Program-made: the position numbers and the translations under genes
NCBI GenBank assembly: GCA_043228905.1
Contig: JBHGNT010001396.1
Location: 1-9,032 of the forward strand
Reading direction: 5' to 3'
DNA from: Azolla caroliniana
Taxonomy: Eukaryota > Plantae > Polypodiophyta
Length of the DNA stretch: 9,032 nucleotides
The notes under the pieces: generated by a model
The model's input: the letters and a program-made list of their open reading frames with translations, nothing else
Databases searched by the model: none
Told to the model about the DNA's origin: nothing
Shown: positions 1-7,780 of the stretch, one piece after another
How positions within the stretch are numbered: the stretch's first letter is position 1
Layout: the number at the start of each line of letters is the position of its first letter

Positions 1-2094
1 ACACTCGGTAGCCGAACTCATCGTCGCCGTAACCGAGGAATATGCATGGCCGGGTCTTCGGATCTAGTTTTCCTCTCCGGTCCTTAGCTACATGCACATA
101 CGCAAGACACCCGAATACCTTCAGATGCCGGTAGGATACTTCCTTACCGATCCATACTCTCTGTGGCGTGTCTCCGTCCAAGGGTACTGAGGGTGATATG
201 TTTATCACATATGTCGCCGTTGACATTTCCTCTGCCCAAAACTTCTTGGGTAGTTTTGCATGCGCCATCATACTCCGGACCCTCTCCATTATGCTCCAGT
301 TCATCCTCTCGGCCAGCCTGTTTAGTTCCGGCGTCTTCGGCACGGTAAATTTGAGCCGGATTCCCTTCGAGCGACAATACTGCTCGAACTGCCCCCGGTA
401 TTTCACCTCCGTTATCTGCTCGAACCGCCTTCAGCTTCCGGCCAGTTTCTCTTTCCACTCTCGCGTGGAGCTCTTTGAAGACGGATAGCACCTGATCATT
501 CTTCTTCAACGGTGTGGCCCACAACTTCCGGCTGTGGTCATCTATGAACGTCACGAAGTACTGTGATCCTGCATGTGACTTCGTGTCCACTTGACACACA
601 TCAGTATGCACCAACTCCAGTGGTGCATTACGTCTCATCGGTGGCCTTGGTCGGAAGGAGGTCTGGTTTTGCTTACCGACCAGACAATTAGTGCACTTCT
701 CTAAGTGCACGTTCTTCACTGAAATGAGGTTGTCGTCTGCAAGCCTCTTCATCCCCTTCTCGCTCATGTGACATAGCCTTTTGTGCCACAGCTCACCGGC
801 AGTGTCAGATGCCACATTCACTTCCTCCGGACATAACCGGGCATTCATCAGGTACAACATGTTTACCTTCCGGGCCCGAGCCACAATCAGGCTCCCTTTG
901 CTGAACTTCATAACACCGTTCCGGATGCTACCCGTGTAGCCTTCATCATCTAGCCAACCGACTGATATCAGGTTCAGACGAACCTCCGGAACGTGTCAGA
1001 CATCCTTCAGCAGCATCTTGCATCCGGTTGGTGTTGTCAGCCACACGTCTCCTATGCCGACAATTCGGCATGTACCTTCATTCCCCATCCGGACAAAGCC
1101 GTGATCACCGGCTGAGTAGGATGAGAAGCATTTCCAATCCGGGGTAAGGTGGAACAACGCTCCGGAGTCGACCACCCAGGTCATCTCGTCACCGGCAAGG
1201 TTTATCTCACTCTCCTTGGTGATGAGCATCAACTCTTCTTCACTTGCCGCAATTGTCGTCGTTCCCTTCCGGTTCGGCCCCCTCCGGTCTTTACTATTTC
1301 GGTCCGATGTCTGCTTGGAATCGGTACCGTCGGTTTCCTTGTCTTTTTGGAAATGCCGACAGTTCTTCTAGAAGTGTCCCGGCTTGCCGCAATAGAAGCA
1401 AGTAGGTCTCCCCCTTGACTTTGACCGTATCCCTGACTTTTCCCGGTTTTGGGGACTATGGTTCCTTTGTCTTCCGCGTTCCAATTCGGTAAGGAGCGCT
1501 TTGGAGTCGGAGCTCGTATCCTTATCTTTCCGACGCGCCTCCTCATCTAGCAAGCTCGACTTCACTCTTGCTAGGGATAACCGTTTCCCTTCCGGCCCGG
1601 CGTTGCCCAAGGTGACAACCAACGTCTCCCAGCTATCTGGGAGGGAACCGAGCAGGAGTAGTGCTAGTACCTCATTGGCAAGAGGTACTTCCAATGATGT
1701 TGCCTGGTGGATCAGCCCCTGGAAGGCATTCATGTGCTCCGCCATGCTGGAGCCATCTTGGTACCGGAGTCTTACTAGCTTCCGGAATACCGAAACCTGA
1801 TTAACAACATTTTTGTTTTAAAACATAATGTCGATCTTCTCCAAGAGCTCATGAGCCTTGCTCTCTTCATTGAAGTTGTTGTATAGACTCATGTCGATGA
1901 AACACCGTATGTACGCCGTTGTCTTTATGTGCATCACTTCCCATATCGTGGCATCGATTTTGTCCGGTCTCTTGTCCCCGAACTAAAACCGGCAACCAAA
2001 GATCTTTAACCACGAGCATGTCTCTCATCTTCGACTTCCACACCGAATAGTTGGAGCCGGTGAGCTTGAACATGCCTCCCAACGAATCATCCAT
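1..2094 (-). pseudogene. Degenerate Copia gag-pol polyprotein
   Basis: ATG 2094 MDDSLGGMFKLTGSNYSVWKSKMRDML (Copia gag N-terminus); gag core LLLLGSLPDSWETLVVTL; knuckle CFYCGKPGHF*KNC; protease WVVDSGALFHLT; LWHKRLCHMS...CTNC; integrase LVHTDVC, YFVTFIDDHSR, VRADNGGE; C-terminal YLKVFGCLAYVHV...KLDPKTRPCIFLGY at the left edge. Frameshifts near ~1985 and ~400; stops at ~1820, 1368-1370, 996-998 and ~952. Confidence 0.93.
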
Positions 2095-2109
2095 TTTCTG
2101 TGTCGTTTC

Positions 2110-2121
2110 GCTCTAATACCA
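2110..2121 (-). other. Copia primer-binding site (tRNA-iMet type)
   Basis: Minus strand reads TGGTATTAGAGC, one mismatch from the canonical TGGTATCAGAGC, 3 nt after the LTR-terminal CA and just upstream of the gag ATG. Confidence 0.9.
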
Positions 2122-2124
2122 CTT

Positions 2125-2302
2125 TGACAGGAACACACGCTCCTGATGAACAACGCTCGGCCACAACCGAGCTTAGAATCAAAACAGAAAAAAAAACGGG
2201 AATGAATGCACGGCATAATGGAGAGAAGAGAACACAAGATGTTAACGTGGAAAAACCCAAACTAGGGAAAAAACCACGGCAGCCCACAGACTACAAACAA
2301 CA
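2125..2302 (-). repeat. Copia 5' LTR (short, ~178 bp; outer end tentative)
   Basis: Minus strand TGTTG...CCTGTCA next to the PBS. Contains CCGTGGTTTTTTCCC...GGGTTTTTCCACGTTAA, a motif type familiar from plant Copia LTR R/U5 regions. The second LTR is not in the window. Confidence 0.65.
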
Positions 2303-2656
2303 CGTTCGCGTTCACAAGTGGAAGGATCGCGCATAAATGGAAGCATAAGGGAAATTTTAGGGGTTTTTCAATGATTTTACAAAACACATTGATACCAGTA
2401 TCATACAAGTTCAAACATACTATGAAAAAGGTTAAAAATCCACTATTTTCGTGATTTAGAAGTAACTAAAAAAAGACGAATTTCAAAAACATACATTCTC
2501 AATTTATATCACAAACTTTACAACCAATGTTATTTTATAAGAAACGATTTTTGGGAAATCATAAGAATTCAAAACACATGATTTTATATTACTCGATTTG
2601 TTACAAGCGGAATGTAGTTACACTTAATAGCCAAATATACATTCATGATCACTCCT

Positions 2657-5437
2657 TTACGGAGAATCACTACTATAACTAATATACAATGACGATTCCT
2701 CCTCATCATCCTCGGATGTACCAATCAGTGCATTATCTTCGTCATAAACCAAATGGTTTGACTCTAGATTATATGTAGCAGATCTCGTTTGCCTTTGACT
2801 CGAGCCACCTTGTAGACCTGGTAATTTTTCTTTTATTATATCTATTGTTGACTTCCTTAATCGTCCGGCTTTTGTAAGTGTGAAGTCGTACACGATGATA
2901 TCCACATCAGAGATATCAAGGGTCGAGGTGTTACGAATGTTTCGCTTCCTCTTCCTACCTCCCCTTCTTGTTTGGCATTCAATCATCTCCAATGTATACT
3001 TACCTGTAAAAGCATTTGCACTTCTAGTGTTGTACCAATGAACATTTATAGACTTGATCGTGTTTTCTATTTCATGCATTAGCACTTCTAGAATTTTACC
3101 AACCCAAAATTGGTGGCCATGTGAGTTCTCATCAGCCGGCGTTGCAATCAACATCCCCGCGGTGAGCTCTTGCAAATTTCCTTGCCATCTAGCTTCAGCT
3201 GCTTTGGTCATCCTTGGTCCCACATAAATGTCTCTTTGTTGTGGATGGACCAAGCTGTCATTAATCGCATTTACTAGTCGCTCCGGACTTCTATTTACGC
3301 GATCATGTTGCAGCGACCATGTGAATGGCGTTTCCAAATTCCAATTATCAACAGATACACAATTGTCTATAATTTCTTTCTGATCACTATAAAATACATC
3401 CCACCATGACGTGTCTTGTTGTGCGGCATATTTCTTGGCGGCCTCAATATGCTTTCTTTTTTCTTCTAAGGCTTGGAGCCATGACCGTTTTTGTTCTGAT
3501 ACCAAGTCGCTCTGCAACTGTCCTTTCTTCTCAATTGGCATTTGCTTAGCTCCATGGACAATTGTACTCGGCATACAAAGTAATAACTGGCAACCACCTT
3601 CAGGTTCCCATGTTGTAGAAGATGAATATTGTTTAGCATACAAAACTGTAGAACCACTTATTCCATTTTTCTTTATCAAAAAAATGTGATTGAAACTTAT
3701 ATTGTTTAACTGAGCAAGCACTTTAACATTCCCACCACCCCCATCTAATATATATCTCTTAAAGTCATATACCTCCTTCAAGTGTAACACTTTTGGGCGT
3801 GGTGTATATGCATCACAAATGACATCAAATAGTTTAGGTAAAGTGAAAGCATCATGCCGAGACAACTGTCTGGAGAATGTGCTAAACATCTGATCTATAT
3901 GGTCATGTGTGTGGCCAACCAAAAGGAAATTGACTTTCACTTTCCTAAACAATTCTAGGTTGACCAACATACTTAGATAGCCAAATACAGTTGAATTTTT
4001 GTTCTCTCTAGCAGTATTGTCCAATTGAATGTATAGAACAGGGGGGAAAGGTTGTCCCCAAGACATCAAAACTCGGTGAATCACTGTAACTGTTAGGTTA
4101 GGGTCATTGTGAACATTGGGGTAAGTAATGAAGACGTGAGGTCGAACAGACCTATTATAAGCCAAGCATCCCACCAAGTGCATTTGAACAAGGCACTCAT
4201 CATTGACATCTTTGGGGAGCCTCCGCATATGCGGCAAGCATGTCTTCTTCTGGTCCATGCCATCTATCATTAAGCACATGTATTGTTCAGGCCTCTTCAA
4301 ACACTTCTCTCTATGATGCATCGCCTTCCTTCGTTCTAAGGATTGTGCCTCACGATGCTCTTGTAGTAACTTCTTACTCGTATCCTTTTCCATTGATGTC
4401 TTTGCACCTTTAGCCAAACTTTTAAGATTTGCACAAATGGAGCAATACCCCATACGTACTTTACGAGGAATAATAACATTTGAAAACTGAGCTCTCCATA
4501 ATCTTGTGAATTGGCTATAGGTGATAGACTTATTACGTGAGCCCAGCATTTCAGATCGATAGACATCATAAACTTCCCGACGGGTATAATTATCAGAAAG
4601 ATGCATCCTACCCGTAGTGGGCATTACTTCACAATTTAACTGAAAGTAAGTTTTCATCCAGCCAATAGCTAGTCTTCCAATTGCACCTTTCATACTTGGA
4701 ACCTCTTTACAATTGAGCATCTGATCCCCGCTAAGTAGACGTTGTTGTACTCTATGTAGCCGCATGTTACTAACACATAACGCAATTTTGAATGCAACTC
4801 TACATATCTGTTGCGCATGGAAGATATAATACTCGAATGATACTTTGATCCCCGTACATTTGTTAGATACTAGTTGCATATGTGATCCGAGGTAAGTGTC
4901 TTGCTCATCACCGGTCATCGAAAAATAGTATCGCCTTAATTCTCGCAACTTTGATTTTCCAATCATAGACATACAACCACGGGCACACCATATTTTGTTG
5001 ACATCAAATCCAATCTGTTTATCTGATGTCACCAAGCTAAATCTAGCCAGACGAATTCTTCGTGGGATTCTTCTAATATGCATAGGGCTCCCAGATTTCT
5101 CTTCCTGCATAGAGGTTGGTGTAACCTTGTTACAGTCTAATTCTCTGTTCTGACCATCGCCAATGTTATTCAATGTTTCCTAGGCACTTCCTTCATTCTC
5201 GGTATCTTTATTAATATCGTATTCTTCAATAGAGAACTCTTCACATGTGTCATTATTTACATTCCCTGTAGATGAGCTCAGACAATATTCTTCGATAGAA
5301 TATGGTGAGTCGGTCGAAAGACAATATTCTTCAATCGAATATGGTGACTCTGTTGACAAACAATACTCTTCAGTAGAAAACGATGGGTCTGATGACAAAC
5401 AATATTCTTCAATCGAGAACGGTGAATCTTCACTCAT
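2657..5437 (-). CDS. Sola-like DDD transposase (RNase H-fold), ~926 codons, interrupted by one in-frame TAG at 5180-5182
   Basis: ORFs 5180..5437 and 2657..5173 share a frame (GCC TAG GAA ACA TTG). Candidate catalytic Asp motifs: LMIDGMDQKK (4262-4264), IQLDNTARENKN (4019-4021), FLLVGHTHDHIDQMFS (3893-3895). Upstream Cys motifs CARGC, ICRVAFKIALCVS and CSIC...H. This pattern resembles Sola1/DUF7869-type proteins as I recall them; the family was not verified by search. Confidence 0.72.
5273..5428 (-). repeat. Coding tandem repeat, 4 x 39 bp (13 aa)
   Basis: DSPFSIEEYCLSS / DPSFSTEEYCLST / ESPYSIEEYCLST / DSPYSIEEYCLSS, plus a degenerate FSIEEYD further downstream. Confidence 0.92.
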
Positions 5438-6140
5438 GGCTTAAGGTCTAGAAAGGGCTCTCTAAGTTATACTCCTCTCTAACCATATACTCCTCCCTAA
5501 ACATAAACTTCTCTCTAAACAAGAGCCAAATCAATAGAATGTCTATATTATGTAATATTCTATTAATACAATACATCTAAAAACTATTTTTAATAAAGTA
5601 ATTTAACTTAAATTATCAATCATTATATAAACTAGATCTAAATGATGTTAAATCAAGTAAAATATAAAACTAATCATTAACAAGCCTTGAATATGTTGGA
5701 TTAATGTTAAAATCATTGGCTAATTAATGACACCCATTTTGATATAGAACGTCTCACTCATTGGTTCTTTAATGCTCACCATTTTAAATATTAGACTTAT
5801 CAATCATTGGTTAATTCATGCCCACATCTTTAATACATAACATTTGAGAGTCATAAAAATTGTTGCTTTTAGTAATCAATCATTGGTACATTCATGAACC
5901 TCTATCATTGTCTCCTTCATAACCTTTGAAGTGATTGTAGGTTGTTATGACTATAAAAGATTGATCAATATGTTAGTTTGACTTTGTAATCATTAATACA
6001 ATCATAAGTTACTCTAGTTAATGTGACTATGGTTACCAACTAACTATACTCAAAGTTACCAACATTGGTTAAGGTGACTATGGTTACTTTAACCATGGGT
6101 TCAATCCCTATAAATAGGAAGACCTCATCATATTTCACTC
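5438..6140. promoter_or_regulatory. AT-rich putative bidirectional promoter region
   Basis: Lies between the divergent ATGs at 5437(-) and 6260(+). Repeated AATCATTGG motif (5711, 5802, 5878), a 14-bp direct repeat GTGACTATGGTTAC (6023, 6074) and TATAAATA at 6109-6116. Confidence 0.55.
6109..6116 (+). promoter_or_regulatory. TATA box of the divergent plus-strand gene
   Basis: CCCTATAAATAGG matches the plant TATA consensus. Composition shifts to a C/A-rich leader about 30 nt downstream. Confidence 0.7.
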
Positions 6141-6142
6141 AC

Positions 6143-6228
6143 CAGAGCGTACAGAGCGTACAGAGCACACAGAACGCAGAGAGCACACAGAGCACACAAA
6201 GCACTCAGAGCACAAAGCACGAAAGCGC
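6143..6228 (+). repeat. 9-bp minisatellite (CAGAGCACA-like, ~9-10 degenerate copies) in the putative 5' UTR
   Basis: cagagcgta cagagcgta cagagcaca cagaacgca gagagcaca cagagcaca caaagcact cagagca caaagcac gaaagcgc. Confidence 0.85.
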
Positions 6229-6259
6229 GATCTCCGCCTCCACTTCAACACGATCAACC

Positions 6260-7486
6260 ATGTCTTCAAAGAGAATCGAGCGCGAGGACTCCAGGTAGGC
6301 CTCTGACACTGTGGACATTTTTGTAAATATGTTTCGTTTCTCAAGAACTCGATACGGTGTATCGAGTTCATGTATACAATACAAATATTTAAACACGAAC
6401 TCGATACGCCGTATCGAGTTCGTGTATAAATATTTGTATTGTATACATGAACTCGATACGGCGTATCGAGTTCATGTTTAAAGTGTAGGTTTTAAACACA
6501 AACTCGATACGCCGTATCGAGTTCGTGTTTAAAGTGTAGGTTTTAAACACGAACTCGATACGGCGTATCGAGTTCGTGTATAAATATTTGTATTGTATAC
6601 ACGAACTCGATACGCCGTATCGAGTTCGTGTATAAATATTTGTATTGTATACACGAACTCGATACGCCGTATCGAGTTCGTGTATAAATATTTGTATTGT
6701 ATACACGAACTCGATACGCCATATCGAGTTCGTGTTTAAAGTGTAGGTTTTAAACACGAACTCGATACGCCGTATCGAGTTCCTGTTTAAAGTGTAGGTT
6801 TTAAACACGAACTCGATACGCCGTATCGAGTCCCTGTATATAAGAAGGCTTTGAGAGAGAAAAATCGTTTATGGGGTGGAAATGATATCAAATTGTCTGG
6901 CAAAATCAGTCTTTTTTATGTTGACTTTACTTACTTTTAAAGAAATACATGCTCTAATTATAGGTGTTTTATGACCTACTTTAGCTTAATAAAGTAGAAA
7001 ATGATCTACAAATTGCCTTCACTATGGCAAATTCTCCTCAATATAGGTTTAGAATCTATATAAGTCATACCTACTATTTAAAAGAATATATAACCCGTTT
7101 TACTTATTACGATATATATTTTCTAGGTTGAATAGCCCTGCCTATAATAGATTTTTGAATATGTTACTGCTCCTGGAAACTGTTCTTCATTATAATATAC
7201 AACTTCAATCTACGTGACTGTCTAACTTATGTTTTTGCATATACTTTCTTAAATAGGTCGTTTGAGAACCTGTCGGACCGACCCGTGAAGAAAATTAAGC
7301 TTCGCATACAAGGTTCTCCAATCGAAGCCCAGACCAAGGTAACTCCTGAGACCATGAAGAGAGGAAAAAAGCTTCTCTTTAACGAAGAGACAAAATCTCA
7401 GCCACATAGTGAAGTTAGCCAAAAGAAACTTGTCGCCGTTACTGGAGGCGAAGACCTTCCTGACCGAGATCTAACGGACAAGGAAT
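6260..7486 (+). CDS. Predicted spliced gene of unknown function (exon 1 6260-6294, intron 6295-7256, exon 2 7257->7486), disrupted by the Gypsy insertion
   Basis: ATG in AACCATGT context; donor CAG|GTAGGC; branch-point CTAAC at 7222-7226; acceptor TTTCTTAAATAG|G. Phases match (AG+G=Arg), giving MSSKRIEREDSRSFENLSDRPVKKIKLRIQGSPIEAQTKVTPETMKRGKKLLFNEETKSQ...DLTDKE, open up to the LTR start. Confidence 0.6.
6345..6836. repeat. Array of ten 25-bp palindromic cores (GAACTCGATACG-S-CGTATCGAGTTC), period 51/52 bp, two spacer types
   Basis: Cores start at 6345, 6397, 6449, 6500, 6551, 6603, 6655, 6707, 6758 and 6809, mostly flanked by ACAC/GTGT (33-bp palindrome). Spacer A is ATAAATATTTGTATTGTAT and spacer B is TTAAAGTGTAGGTTTTAA, in the order A(inverted), A, B, B, A, A, A, B, B. 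Confidence 0.97.
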
Positions 7487-7488
7487 TG

Positions 7489-7553
7489 TCATAACTAGAC
7501 TCGAACCCATAACCTTTTGTTACACGGGTCGAGACTTTACCATTAGGTTATGA
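7489..7553 (-). promoter_or_regulatory. tRNA-like Pol III type-2 internal promoter module (A box/B box) at the LTR 5' end, antisense
   Basis: Minus strand TAACCTAATGG (7550-7540; A box TRGCNNARYGG, 1 mismatch), 32 nt, then GGTTCGAGTCT (7507-7497; B box GGTTCGANNCC, 1 mismatch). Confidence 0.6.
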
Positions 7554-7608
7554 GTTGTAATTTGAAGGATATTATTTTCATTTAGGTTTTATTAGGAAAT
7601 TGATGTAT

Positions 7609-7658
7609 ATTCCAGATTTCTCTGGAACATTCTAGAAACTTCAGGAGTATTCCTGAAG
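7609..7658. promoter_or_regulatory. Extended heat-shock element (nGAAn inverted array) in the LTR U3
   Basis: Exact 5-bp phasing: TTC7610, GAt7615, cTC7620, GAA7625, TTC7630, GAA7635, TTC7640, GAg7645, TTC7650, GAA7655. The array ends just upstream of the TATA box. Confidence 0.75.
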
Positions 7659-7662
7659 ACAC

Positions 7663-7669
7663 TATAAAA
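7663..7669 (+). promoter_or_regulatory. LTR TATA box
   Basis: CTATAAAAG, 33 nt upstream of the sequence complementary to the PBS (predicted transcription start ~7696). Confidence 0.75.
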
Positions 7670-7776
7670 GGAGGCGCAAGGCATTAGTTCGAACCAAATC
7701 GGTTCAACGCCAGTCTTAAGCCTTCTAACTACTGTTGTATATCTTCCGTCATATAATACATATATCTTTCGCATCA

Positions 7777-7780
<4 letters not shown>

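Larger units (their letters stand above)
1..2302 (-). mobile_element. Ty1/Copia LTR retrotransposon, 5' portion (LTR-PBS-gag-PR-IN), continues beyond the left edge
   Basis: On the minus strand the order is LTR, PBS, gag, CCHC knuckle, protease, pre-integrase zinc motif, integrase core. Integrase directly after protease is the Copia order. The outer boundary at 2302 is tentative. Confidence 0.95.

Noticed and set aside
163-1800. Plus-strand ORFs 163..348, 168..488, 1149..1418, 1501..1800 and the off-frame minus ORF 1229..1546
   Set aside because: They are antisense or alternative-frame shadows of the Copia polyprotein with no independent coding signal.
2025-2336. Short ORFs over the Copia LTR/PBS
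   Set aside because: They overlap non-coding LTR and PBS sequence and show no protein motifs.
3495-3504. PBS-like TGGTATCAGA on the minus strand
   Set aside because: It lies inside the intact transposase frame with no adjacent LTR, so it is a chance match.
6065-6259. N-terminal part of ORF 6065..6298 (QST repeats) as coding
   Set aside because: It starts at TTG upstream of the TATA box and reads through the 9-bp repeat. Only 6260-6294 is retained as exon 1.
6135-6808. Minus-strand ORFs 6389..6808, 6205..6396 and 6135..6371
   Set aside because: They are by-products of the tandem repeats, with repetitive translations and no recognisable domain.
6345-6836. CRISPR array
   Set aside because: The spacers are only two recurring sequences rather than unique ones, no cas genes are present, and the context is eukaryotic retrotransposon DNA.
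7127-7217. Additional exon using the acceptor TTTTCTAG at 7126
   Set aside because: It reaches TGA at 7215-7217, and skipping that stop would need a 43-nt intron, which is implausibly short. It remains possible as a non-productive alternative acceptor.
7487-7560. Functional tRNA gene
   Set aside because: The A/B boxes are present, but the T-stem and anticodon stem pair poorly and I cannot build a convincing cloverleaf. Kept only as a tRNA-like promoter module.
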